This document shows, in pieces, positions 28,810-38,221 of a DNA stretch of 64,000 bases. Location of the stretch: positions 17,938 to 81,937 of the forward strand of contig CAJMQN010000007.1 in assembly GCA_905215695.1 (NCBI GenBank), written 5' to 3'. Each line of letters starts with the position of its first letter. The first letter of the stretch is position 1. This DNA is from an uncultured bacterium (GTDB lineage: Bacteria; Bacillota; Clostridia; Christensenellales; HGM11417). The position numbers and the translations under genes were made by a program. The notes beneath the pieces are model-generated. The model did not search any database and was not told where the DNA came from. It saw only the letters and a program-made list of their open reading frames with translations.

Positions 28810-29685
28810 TTATGGAATACGTTTTGTGAGCCGATATTCGACGGGGCTCAAGAGGCGGTAGCGTTTAAAGACTTTGCTGAAATAGAGCGCGTCTTGAAAC
28901 CCGACCGCTTCGGCAATCTGTTTGACGCTCAAATCCGTCGATTCAAGCAATTCGGTCGCTTTTTTGATTCGCTCATAATTGACATACTCTTTAAAATTTG
29001 TGTTGATATTTTTTTTAAACAGGGTGGAGAAGTAGCAGGGGGAAACAAAGAATCGTCTTGCGATTTCGCCCGCACTGAGCGAAACTTCGAAAAGGTGTTC
29101 GTGGATATAGTCGTAAATCTGTTCAAAGAGTTCTCCGCTCTCATGCATTTGACTTTGCGGCAAACTTTTTTCGGCAATCGTCGCGAAAATTGCGTAAAGG
29201 CAGTGCGTGACCGTAAAGACCTGCGAACGCTTGCTGCCTTTGGCGGCAAGCGCCTCTTTAAAGTAATGCAACGGGCTGGAATCGGGAAACCGAAGAAAGT
29301 ATTGTTCCGGGGAAAAACCCAGCCGATTCAGAATATTTTTTGCGGCGATGCCGTTGAAGTTGATCCAATAATACTCCCAATTTTTTTCTGCAAAGTAGTG
29401 AATATCTTTCTCGGAAGGAAGAATAAATAGAGTATTCCGTGTCATTTCGGTTCTCGTGCCGTCGAATTCGATGGAGCCTTTTCCCCGTTTGACAAAGTGC
29501 AGAAGGTAATACGGATATTTATTCGGGAACACTTTTTTTTCGCTGTGGTGCTCATAACCTACGTCGATGGGGAAGAGGTCTTTGGAAATCGTACTATTGA
29601 TGTGAAAAAAGTCCAGATTGCCCTTCTGTACTTTTTCATAGCTCTCCCTGTTGTTGCGCAGAATGATTTTTTCGTCGTTTTTCAT
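28810..29685 (-). CDS. AraC-family transcriptional regulator (locus 2)
   Basis: C-terminal double HTH (IARRFFVSPCYFSTLFKK...VGFQDALYFSKVFKRYRLLSPVEY). The ATG at 29685 is chosen because a consensus promoter sits immediately upstream. Confidence 0.85.
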   Translation of the reverse strand: MKNDEKIILRNNRESYEKVQKGNLDFFHINSTISKDLFPIDVGYEHHSEKKVFPNKYPYYLLHFVKRGKGSIEFDGTRTEMTRNTLFILPSEKDIHYFAEKNWEYYWINFNGIAAKNILNRLGFSPEQYFLRFPDSSPLHYFKEALAAKGSKRSQVFTVTHCLYAIFATIAEKSLPQSQMHESGELFEQIYDYIHEHLFEVSLSAGEIARRFFVSPCYFSTLFKKNINTNFKEYVNYERIKKATELLESTDLSVKQIAEAVGFQDALYFSKVFKRYRLLSPVEYRLTKRIP

Positions 29686-29691
29686 GAGATA

Positions 29692-29720
29692 ATTATAGAT
29701 GAGAAGAGAAGTTTTGTCAA
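29692..29720 (-). promoter_or_regulatory. Consensus promoter giving a leaderless AraC (locus 2) mRNA
   Basis: On the minus strand: TTGACA (29720-29715), 17-nt spacer, TATAAT (29697-29692), then 6 nt before the ATG at 29685. There is no Shine-Dalgarno sequence. Confidence 0.6.
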
Positions 29721-29841
29721 CGGAAACCAAAATTATTCCATAACGTGTGAAAGTTTTTCCATTGTATTTTGTTTCGGCTACCGCTATAATGAACACGTAA
29801 CATGAAGATGGTGAAATGACAACAAGGAAGGTTGGACAAAA

Positions 29842-31128
29842 ATGGAAAAATTAAAAACAGTTTTGGTGGGATGCGGGGACAGATCTTGCGTATATGCGGA
29901 AGAGGGCGTCCGCAATCTCGGTCTCATGGAAATTGTTGCGGCGGTTGACCCGGACGAAGTGCGCCTCGCCTACGTACAGGAACGTTTCGGCGTAAAACCG
30001 GAGATGTGCTTTCGCTCCCAAAATCCCTTGCTCGAAAAGGGACGAATCGGGGATTGCGTCATCAACGGCACTATGGATCAGCTTCATATGGAGACGGCGG
30101 TCCCCTTTTTGAAACAGGGCTATCATATGCTTCTGGAAAAACCCATCGTAAATAACCGCAAAGACCTTCTCGAACTCTACCGCATATCGAGGGAAAACGG
30201 CTGTAAACTCATGACCTGTCACGTCCTGCGCTATGCTCCGTTCTATCGCAAAATCAAGGAGTTGATTCTCCAAGGCGAACTCGGCGAAATCGTAAACATA
30301 CGGACAGATGAACGTGTGGGCGTTTTTCACTCTTCCGTATCCTTTATTCGGGGGAAATGGAACAGGGAGTCGGAGTGCGGTTCCTCCCTTCTGCTTGCCA
30401 AATGCTGTCACGACATTGATTTGCTTTGCTGGCTCAACGACGCGTCGAAGCCGAAGGAAGTGTACAGTCAGGGCGGCAGAAATTTTATTGTATCGGAAAA
30501 GGCGCCGAAGGGCGCGGGAACGCGCTGTCTTGTCGATTGTCCCGAAGAAGTGCGCAAAAAGTGTATTTACGACGTACAGTCCATGTATCTTGACAACTGT
30601 ATGCTTCCTTGGTATCCTTGGCAGTGCACGGGAAAAAATTGGCAGGACGTCACCATGGAAGAAAAGGTCGATTCTCTCAAGACCTACAATCCGCACGGCG
30701 TATGCGCGTATAAGGCGGGGGGAGACCTTGTTGACCATCAGAATGTGTCGGTAAAGTTTGAAAACGGCAGCACGGCAATCCACTCGTTGATTTTGGGATG
30801 TATGAAGGCGGGACGGAGCATCTTTATCAGCGGAACGCTGGGCGAAATCGAAGGCAACGTGGAAGACGGTATCTTTTATCTCCGCAAATACGACAAGAAG
30901 ACTTCGACCTATCTTGAGGAGAGCTACAATTTCAACGACACCAAGGGAGAGACGGGGGGGCATTTCGGCGGCGACCGCGGATTGGTTTCGGACTTCTGCG
31001 GCATTCTGCTCGGGCAACAGCCGTCGGTGTCTTACACATCGATCGAAAATTCGGTCACAGGGCATCTGTTGGTCTATGCGGCGGACGAGTCGCTGAAAGA
31101 GGATAAGACGATTTCAATGGAGGTATGA
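29842..31128 (+). CDS. Gfo/Idh/MocA-family NAD(P)-dependent oxidoreductase
   Basis: N-terminal Rossmann motif LKTVLVGCGDRSCVYA...EIVAAVDPD, 428 aa. Confidence 0.8.
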   Translation: MEKLKTVLVGCGDRSCVYAEEGVRNLGLMEIVAAVDPDEVRLAYVQERFGVKPEMCFRSQNPLLEKGRIGDCVINGTMDQLHMETAVPFLKQGYHMLLEKPIVNNRKDLLELYRISRENGCKLMTCHVLRYAPFYRKIKELILQGELGEIVNIRTDERVGVFHSSVSFIRGKWNRESECGSSLLLAKCCHDIDLLCWLNDASKPKEVYSQGGRNFIVSEKAPKGAGTRCLVDCPEEVRKKCIYDVQSMYLDNCMLPWYPWQCTGKNWQDVTMEEKVDSLKTYNPHGVCAYKAGGDLVDHQNVSVKFENGSTAIHSLILGCMKAGRSIFISGTLGEIEGNVEDGIFYLRKYDKKTSTYLEESYNFNDTKGETGGHFGGDRGLVSDFCGILLGQQPSVSYTSIENSVTGHLLVYAADESLKEDKTISMEV

Positions 31129-31130
31129 AT

Positions 31131-32486
31131 ATGGGAACGAAAGCAAAGAAACGGACGATTCTGATTCTGCTTGCGGCATGGTGCGTCGCGGCGCTGTTTC
31201 TCCCCGCTCCGGCGCGGGCGGAAGAGTTTCGGGAAGTACCGCTCAAGTTTGCCGAACTGAAGAATTGGGCGGACGGCGGAGACGGAAAAGAACTCAAAGT
31301 CTGCGATCTCTATTTTTCGAGGGACGTTCTGATGAAGGCGAACGGCGCCGCTATCGACTATCGGATCAACGACGGCGCAAAGTATCCCGATGAGGATTTC
31401 AGCTATATTCAGGACTATATTTTGCTCAACGGCAAGAGCGTAGCGGAAATCAACGAGAAAACGGATACGGCGGATTACGAGTTCAAGACCTTCCCGAGCA
31501 CCGTCACCGGCGGGGACGCGAAATATTACGCCGTACCGGTTGTCATGTATGCGAATGCCCCCGGTCACGTTCAGATCAGAATTCACAAAAAGTATCTGGA
31601 AGATTCGAACGCGGGCGGGGAAATCACCCTACAGTTTAAGGAAGGATTGCGCGCGAAGGCGCAGGTTCCGAACGAGGGGGCGACGGAATACGAGACCGTC
31701 GAGTACGTGCTCGGGGAGACGACGACCTTTACGAAGGCGGCAAACGACGTCTGGAGCTGCGACAGAGAGTTGGAGCCCTACGAAGCCCCCGAAGAAGTGA
31801 TTGACCGCGCGGACATTGATTTTTCCAAGATTGAATACAGCGCGCTCTATCTCTCGAGCGTTTCGGACATTATCGAATACGGCTCGGCGGTTCCGGTCGG
31901 CGGACAGGCGCGAAAGGCGCAGTACTTCTGCGTTTACTTTGACCGTCCCATTTCCTATCAGTATATCCCCTATGCGAGCATGGGAAAAAAGGATTTGAGC
32001 AATCTCGCGAAAAACCCGGGCAGCGGCGTCAGTCTGACGCAGGCGCAGGTGGACGCGATTTTCGACTATCGCATCGACCTCGCGGTCAACGACCATGTGA
32101 AGATTGACGGAAAAACGCTTCGCGAACGCAAAAAAATGGAAATGACAAGCCCGGATTCCAAGATTTATATCTGTCTCGAGAGAGATTTCTTTGTACTCTA
32201 TCTCACCGCGGACAGCGCGAATTGGCTCGACCCCGCTCTTCCGCATACCGTCGAAATCACCCAAGGATTCCGGACCCCTCTCTTCGGGGAACTGAAGGAA
32301 AGCGTCACCTTCTATTTCAATCCCGAAACGCGGAGCTGGAACGAAACGGATTATGATTCCCTCGAGGAACCCGTCTATGACTGGTCCGAACAGCAGACCT
32401 CGAGCGGCTGCGGAAAGGCGGACGCAACGGCGTCTCTCGTACTGATCCCCGCGCTCCTCGCGGCGGCATTCGTCATCAAAGGTTAG
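31131..32486 (+). CDS. Secreted protein with a GCGK-type C-terminal tail (about 451 aa)
   Basis: Signal peptide ending ARA-EE. C-terminus GCGKADATASLVLIPALLAAAFVIKG (32406-32486). GGAGG lies 7 nt before the ATG at 31131 (alternative start 31125). Confidence 0.75.
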   Translation: MGTKAKKRTILILLAAWCVAALFLPAPARAEEFREVPLKFAELKNWADGGDGKELKVCDLYFSRDVLMKANGAAIDYRINDGAKYPDEDFSYIQDYILLNGKSVAEINEKTDTADYEFKTFPSTVTGGDAKYYAVPVVMYANAPGHVQIRIHKKYLEDSNAGGEITLQFKEGLRAKAQVPNEGATEYETVEYVLGETTTFTKAANDVWSCDRELEPYEAPEEVIDRADIDFSKIEYSALYLSSVSDIIEYGSAVPVGGQARKAQYFCVYFDRPISYQYIPYASMGKKDLSNLAKNPGSGVSLTQAQVDAIFDYRIDLAVNDHVKIDGKTLRERKKMEMTSPDSKIYICLERDFFVLYLTADSANWLDPALPHTVEITQGFRTPLFGELKESVTFYFNPETRSWNETDYDSLEEPVYDWSEQQTSSGCGKADATASLVLIPALLAAAFVIKG

Positions 32487-32495
32487 GAGGACGAC

Positions 32496-34892
32496 ATGAA
32501 GAAAAAAATATTCCGAAAGATTCTGTGCGCCGCGGGCGCGTTGGCAATCGGCGTCTGTTCCCTGTCGGGCTGCGGCGGCACGCCCGCGGCTTATGCGGGC
32601 GACGTCGTGCACTATTCCGCATCGGACGCGGGGCTTGCAAATTTTTTAAACGATTTTACCCGCCGCAATCTGCGGTTTGACGAGGAAAGCGTCGGAGATT
32701 CGTCCATGGGACTCGGGAGCGGCACGGGCTTTGCGAAGAATTGGGAAACCATGTCCCTCGTCTGGCACAATTCCACGGGAAATGTGCTCGGCGAAAACAA
32801 ACTGGAACGAATCGAGCAGTTCCTGCGCACCATCACGCAGGACGGTCAGGGCATGATCTACAACACCCACAACAACCTGATGGGCGGGCGTTCGCAGGCG
32901 GGGGACGGAATCTCGCAGGGGTGGCCCTTCCCGACGCACGGGAACAGCGGCGGACGGAACACGGCTTTTGAATTCAATTACGAGAGCGAAGCGAAAAATT
33001 GGAAGGCGAGTACCGGCGGAACGTTTACGGTGGGCACGGACGGATACGGAAGATTCACCTACAGCGCACCCTCTACCGGGAGCGCGTTCCGTTTGGTCAA
33101 CGAGAACGTGACGACCCCGAATGCGGGAGGGATCGACACGAAACACGCGCCGATTGTGGAGATCGAGCTGTCCTATGTGGACGCAAATCACGCCATCGGG
33201 TCGGGGACGGACGTCGCGGACGTCTCGCTGATTTTTCAGACGGAGGCGGGCGGCGATGAATGGTTCAAAGCCCCTCAAAGCCTGTATGCGACGACTCCTG
33301 TGGATTTGAGCTATGCTTTGTCCGAACGCATGTATTTCTCCATGTATCTCAACGAAGATTGGGAGGGACAGATCGTCACCGCGCTCGGGGTAGAAATCAC
33401 CCCCAAGGAAGGGAAAAAACTCAAACTGACGGACGGCAAGATCAACTATATCCGCCCCAATTACGACACGAGACAGTCCAACGCCACCTATCAGTTCCTG
33501 CTTGCGCTGGGGAATTACGTCGCCTACACGAACGACAACGCGTTTCTCGAAGAAATGCTGCCGAAGGCGCGGGGCGCGATTCTGTTTCTGACGCACGCGC
33601 TCGAGGGGGAGAGCGGACTTCTGGACATCTCCTATCTGTACGGACACAACGGAATCGGTTCTTCGTCCGAGGACGGCAAGATCGTCCGAAACGTCGGGGA
33701 CGGCATCGGAAACGGCTATTGGGATATTCTGACCGCGCCCGAAAAGAACGTGGAAGCGAACACCTACTTCTATCAGGCTCTCGGGGTCATGGCGTCCCTT
33801 GAGCGTCGGGCAGAATCCGCAGGAATCGAAACCGCAGGAACTTCGGTCAAGAACCGCATGCCCGGCGAACCCGACGTTGCCTACGAATACACCGCGGAGA
33901 GTCTGGAAACGCTGCAAGCGCAGGTCAAGACCAACATGGAAAAAGAGGTTCAGCCGGTGCAGCTCGCGGACGGAAGCTGGGAAAACCGCGGCGGGTTCTG
34001 GAGCGCGGATACAGAGCGTTTTGTGAGCGGAATCCGCAAGGACAGCGGCGATGTGATTGATTACGGATTCGTGTACTGGAATGAGGAGGCGATTGCCGCC
34101 GGAATCGGCACGCAGACGCAGCGCGAAAAAATCATGGCGTGGATCGACGGCGCGCGAAGCGTGGGAACGGACACGAGTCAGGGCGACGACATCTATTTTT
34201 ACGAATTCGCCCCGCGTTTTTCGACCAAGGCAAACACGCTCGACTACGGCTTTTACTATTCCTCGCCGGGATACAGCAAACAGGTACAGGACGGGGGCGC
34301 AGTGATCTGCTGGAGCTACTATGACCTGCTTTCGAGAATCGAAGTGCTCGGCGCGGACAACGCCTTTGACCGCCTGAAGGAAATTCAGACCTGGTACAAC
34401 AAAGTACAGAACGCCGGCGGTACGGGTATGAACTTTTACAACGACTACTATATGTATCTTGAGACGGGTTCGGGAATCTATGTCTTGCAGCAATCCGGCG
34501 CGCAGAACGGCGCAATGGGTTTGGATACCGAATTTTTGGAGAGTATCCTCCTGCATGCGTCCGTTCCCTTCGGATTCTTCGGCATGGACGCAACGCTGAA
34601 CAATACGCTTCGCTTCACGAACCGACTTCCGTCCTCTTTGAATTGGTGGCAGATTGACAACATGCTCTACGGCGGAGTGGGGTACTCGGTGCGAATGGAA
34701 AAGAACGCGCTTTCGATTCTCAACACGAAAGGAACCGTTCCCTCGGACTATCGGCTCGAACTCTGCTTTGCGGAGCCGGAGGGAAATTACTCGGTGAAAG
34801 TGAACGGACAGAAGACGGAGGATTACACGGTATCGGACGGAATCGTCACGGTGCGCGTTCCCTTCGGAGACGTAGAGGTCCGCGTCGGCTGA
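32496..34892 (+). CDS. Large secreted lipoprotein, possible (alpha/alpha)6-type glycosidase (function uncertain)
   Basis: Lipobox CSLSGC, 798 aa. Strings such as EANTYFYQALGVMASLERRAE are reminiscent of six-hairpin glycosidases. This is unverified. Confidence 0.4.
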   Translation: MKKKIFRKILCAAGALAIGVCSLSGCGGTPAAYAGDVVHYSASDAGLANFLNDFTRRNLRFDEESVGDSSMGLGSGTGFAKNWETMSLVWHNSTGNVLGENKLERIEQFLRTITQDGQGMIYNTHNNLMGGRSQAGDGISQGWPFPTHGNSGGRNTAFEFNYESEAKNWKASTGGTFTVGTDGYGRFTYSAPSTGSAFRLVNENVTTPNAGGIDTKHAPIVEIELSYVDANHAIGSGTDVADVSLIFQTEAGGDEWFKAPQSLYATTPVDLSYALSERMYFSMYLNEDWEGQIVTALGVEITPKEGKKLKLTDGKINYIRPNYDTRQSNATYQFLLALGNYVAYTNDNAFLEEMLPKARGAILFLTHALEGESGLLDISYLYGHNGIGSSSEDGKIVRNVGDGIGNGYWDILTAPEKNVEANTYFYQALGVMASLERRAESAGIETAGTSVKNRMPGEPDVAYEYTAESLETLQAQVKTNMEKEVQPVQLADGSWENRGGFWSADTERFVSGIRKDSGDVIDYGFVYWNEEAIAAGIGTQTQREKIMAWIDGARSVGTDTSQGDDIYFYEFAPRFSTKANTLDYGFYYSSPGYSKQVQDGGAVICWSYYDLLSRIEVLGADNAFDRLKEIQTWYNKVQNAGGTGMNFYNDYYMYLETGSGIYVLQQSGAQNGAMGLDTEFLESILLHASVPFGFFGMDATLNNTLRFTNRLPSSLNWWQIDNMLYGGVGYSVRMEKNALSILNTKGTVPSDYRLELCFAEPEGNYSVKVNGQKTEDYTVSDGIVTVRVPFGDVEVRVG

Positions 34893-35072
34893 ATCTGAAA
34901 AAGCACACCTTCGCAAAAAGAAAAAACCCTTGGATTTTTTTGCAAAATCCAAGGCGTTTTGAGAGAAAAACATGAAAAAAACGGATACGGAAAGGTGTAC
35001 CTTTTCGTATCCCGAGCAAAAGAGGCGTTGCCGGGTTTCAAACCCGAATCCAATCAACGCGTCAGAGGGAAT

Positions 35073-36395
35073 ATGAAAATTCTGAAAAAAACCTTATGTC
35101 TGCTGCTTGCGGTCGCGGTATCGGCGGGGTGCGTTCTGCTTGCGGGCTGCGGCAGAAAAAAGGACGATCCAAACACGATCACCATCGGCGTCGCGAACAA
35201 CACGAGCGAGATCAACATCCTCAACACCTTCCGTCAGGCGTACATGAAGGCGAATCCGGGCAAGAATATCGAAATTGTCCGCATTACGGGAAGTTTTGAC
35301 AACGCGCTCGTCAAACTGAACAACTCCAACGACCTGCCCGACATCGTACAGGTTTACGATTTTTCGGCGGAATACTGGACGGAGGCGGGAATCTACTATC
35401 CCATCAGCGATTTCATGGCGCGGGACGGTTTGCAGGAGTCCGACTACTTTGATTCGGTCATTTCTCTCGCCAAGAGCGGAACGGACGGCAAGATGTACTG
35501 GGCGCCCCGCGACTACAACAAAGTCGTCGTCTGCTACAACAAAGAAATCTTCGACGCGGCGGAAGTGCCCTATCCCACGGACGATTGGACGTGGACGAAG
35601 TTTCAGGAGACCTGCGAGGCGCTCGCCGCCAAGAGCAGCGAGATTATGGCGGTCACGGGACAACAGATTTTCTATCCCGTGGACATGAACCTGAACTGGG
35701 AATCGGTCTATTATCCGGCGATCCGTTCCTACGGCGGCGACCTCTTCGACAAGACGGCAGGCACGGCGATTCCGGACGCAACGGTCGTAAAGACCGCGCT
35801 TGACAGTCTTTTGAGCCTTGCCGACGAGGAACTCGCGGTCTCTCCCTCTGAGACGGGGTCGCCCTTCCCGGCGCAGCAGTGCGCGATGCACTTTACCGTC
35901 CGTCCGAATATCGTCTCTTTCGCGAATTCAATCAAGGACGACGCGGGCAACCCCGCAATCGACTTTGCTTCCGTGCCCGCCTTCGAAGGCGTGGAGAAGT
36001 CCTATATCGGCATGGGGTGTACGGGCTATGCGATCACGGATCAGTGCGCTGAGACGAAGAGAGAGGACGCCTGGAATTTTCTGAAATTCGTCATGACCGA
36101 GGCGGGGCAAAATGCGTTTTGCGCGTCCGGCGCGGGCGTGCCCATTCTCAAAGAAATGGCGGAGGACGAAAACGCGGCTTTCCGGCAATACCTTCCGGAC
36201 GCCAATCATGACGCGTTTATACAGTTCACCGACAGGGATCTCCCGATGAACTATATGTCAGGACTCAATCCGAAGAAACACCTTGCGATCCGTTCCGTGC
36301 TGGTCACCGAACTCACCAAGAATTACTTTGCCGCCGCGAACCGTCAGGATTATCTTACCGAGCTGAAGGAAAAACTCGAAAACGCGTTGCGTTAA
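35073..36395 (+). CDS. Carbohydrate ABC transporter substrate-binding lipoprotein (locus 2)
   Basis: MKILKKTLCLLLAVAVSAGCVLLAGC lipobox, followed by a permease pair. Confidence 0.85.
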   Translation: MKILKKTLCLLLAVAVSAGCVLLAGCGRKKDDPNTITIGVANNTSEINILNTFRQAYMKANPGKNIEIVRITGSFDNALVKLNNSNDLPDIVQVYDFSAEYWTEAGIYYPISDFMARDGLQESDYFDSVISLAKSGTDGKMYWAPRDYNKVVVCYNKEIFDAAEVPYPTDDWTWTKFQETCEALAAKSSEIMAVTGQQIFYPVDMNLNWESVYYPAIRSYGGDLFDKTAGTAIPDATVVKTALDSLLSLADEELAVSPSETGSPFPAQQCAMHFTVRPNIVSFANSIKDDAGNPAIDFASVPAFEGVEKSYIGMGCTGYAITDQCAETKREDAWNFLKFVMTEAGQNAFCASGAGVPILKEMAEDENAAFRQYLPDANHDAFIQFTDRDLPMNYMSGLNPKKHLAIRSVLVTELTKNYFAAANRQDYLTELKEKLENALR

Positions 36396-36404
36396 AGGGG
36401 CGCT

Positions 36405-37325
36405 ATGAAGAAACTATCCGCAAAGACCAAAAAAAGCGTACTCACCAATGTGACGGGATACGCATTGATTCTGCCGCTGTTGGTCGGACTGGTCATCTTT
36501 ACGCTGTACCCGCTGCTCGTCTCACTCTTCAACAGCTTTTTTCTCAACTACGACGGATTCAGCGACTACGGCGAATTTGAATTCGGATTCGGAAACTATT
36601 TAAAGGCGTTTACCGGGTACGAGAGCAAAATCTTCTGGAAATCGGTGGGAATCACCTTTTCCTATGCGGCAATCATGGTTCCCTTGGGTCTCGCGCTCTC
36701 CTTTATCGTCGCGCTCTTTCTCAACCAAAAGACGAGGGGAATCGGCGCGTTCCGCCTTCTCTATTACATTCCCTGCCTGATTCCCGCCATCGTGGGGGCG
36801 ATGGTCTATCGCTATATCTTCAACCCGAGCTACGGGCTGATGAACACCATCTTTGCGTCTCTTGGGTTAGAGCCGAGCAAATTTTTCGATTCCCCCGATT
36901 ACCGCGCGGTGCTGACCTACATGTTCATGAGTCTGTTCGGCGTGGGCGGTTCCATGCTGATATGGATTGCCGGATTTAAATCCGTGCCCGCAACCTATTA
37001 CGAGGCATGCCGGATTGAGGGCGGGGGATATTTCTACGGACTGTTCCGAATCACGATTCCGCTCTGTACGCCCTACATTTTTTATCTGTTGATCACCAAT
37101 GTCATTTCCACCCTGCAAATCTGCGGAAACGTCTATATGATTTCATCGACGGGGGGCGTCGGCGACAACCTTCTGTTCTTCGGGCTGTATATCTACCGAA
37201 CCTTTATGAACAACAATTTCGGCTATTCCGCCGCACTCGCGTATCTGCTGTTTGTGGTGATCGGTCTGCTTTCCGCGGTGCTCTTCCGATTCAACAAGTA
37301 CGTGTATTACGAGGGGGAGGACTGA
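36405..37325 (+). CDS. Sugar ABC transporter permease (MalF-like)
   Basis: Polytopic, with EAA-like YEACRIEGGGYFYGLFRITIPL. Confidence 0.88.
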   Translation: MKKLSAKTKKSVLTNVTGYALILPLLVGLVIFTLYPLLVSLFNSFFLNYDGFSDYGEFEFGFGNYLKAFTGYESKIFWKSVGITFSYAAIMVPLGLALSFIVALFLNQKTRGIGAFRLLYYIPCLIPAIVGAMVYRYIFNPSYGLMNTIFASLGLEPSKFFDSPDYRAVLTYMFMSLFGVGGSMLIWIAGFKSVPATYYEACRIEGGGYFYGLFRITIPLCTPYIFYLLITNVISTLQICGNVYMISSTGGVGDNLLFFGLYIYRTFMNNNFGYSAALAYLLFVVIGLLSAVLFRFNKYVYYEGED

Positions 37326-37326
37326 T

Positions 37327-38199
37327 ATGGCGAACGTTACGAGGCGATTGAATCCGAATACGAAAAAGATCCTGCTGAAAGTTCTGTCCTACTTCTTTCT
37401 CGTGCTGTTTTCCTGTTTCTTTCTGTTCCCGCTCGTGGTGATGTTTTTCCGAAGTTTTTTCACAACGACGGAGAGCCTGAAAATCGGCGCGGGACTGTTC
37501 CCGACGGACGGCTGGAATTTCGGGTCCTATGCGCAGGCGCTGGACGCGGAGTTTCTGCGGTATTTCGGGAATACGATTATCGTGATTCTCGCGAACATCG
37601 TCGGACAGCCGCTGACCGCGGCAATGGCGGCATACGCCTTTACCAAAGTGAAATTCCGGGGACGCAAAGTCGTCTTTACGACGGCGATGTGTACGATCAT
37701 GCTCCCGAGTATTCTGACCATGATTCCGGTCTATAAGATTTTTGTGGACATCGGCTGGACGAATACGCTTCTTCCGATCACGGTTCCGGCGTTCTTCGGG
37801 GGCGGGTTTCTGAACATCTTTCTGATCATGCAGTTCATTCGCGGACTTCCCAAGGAGATGGACGAGGCGGCGGTCATCGACGGCGCAAACACATTGCATC
37901 TCATGTTCCGAATCACTTTTCCGCTCATCATGCCGGTGATTGCGCTGGTGGCGGTGCAGTCATTCTTTTTCGTCTGGAACGATTTCATGGGACCGCTCAT
38001 GTACATCACGGATGAGGAACTTCTGACGCTTCCCGTGGGAATTTACAATAAGTTCTTTACGGCGCTGACGCCCGAAGAGTCCATGCCGAACGTGCAGATG
38101 GCGACGGGAATCCTGATCCTGATTCCGCCCATGATAGTGTTTATGATATTCCAAAAACAACTCGTCGAAGGCGTGTCCTTCACGGGATTGAAAGCATAG
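37327..38199 (+). CDS. Sugar ABC transporter permease (MalG-like)
   Basis: EAA loop MDEAAVIDGANTLHLMFRITFPL. Confidence 0.88.
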   Translation: MANVTRRLNPNTKKILLKVLSYFFLVLFSCFFLFPLVVMFFRSFFTTTESLKIGAGLFPTDGWNFGSYAQALDAEFLRYFGNTIIVILANIVGQPLTAAMAAYAFTKVKFRGRKVVFTTAMCTIMLPSILTMIPVYKIFVDIGWTNTLLPITVPAFFGGGFLNIFLIMQFIRGLPKEMDEAAVIDGANTLHLMFRITFPLIMPVIALVAVQSFFFVWNDFMGPLMYITDEELLTLPVGIYNKFFTALTPEESMPNVQMATGILILIPPMIVFMIFQKQLVEGVSFTGLKA

Positions 38200-38221
38200 A
38201 AATTTTAAGGAGGAAAGGAAA

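Noticed and set aside
27124-31065. Long minus-strand ORFs 27124-28515 (463 aa) and 29851-31065 (404 aa)
   Set aside because: They lie antisense to the ARH-family and Gfo/Idh/MocA genes, both of which have clear motifs. Neither minus-strand ORF has its own RBS or recognisable domains.
32646-35057. 803-aa minus-strand ORF opposite the 798-aa lipoprotein gene
   Set aside because: This is an antisense shadow ORF with Arg-rich, motif-free translation. The plus-strand ORF fits the operon and has a signal peptide.
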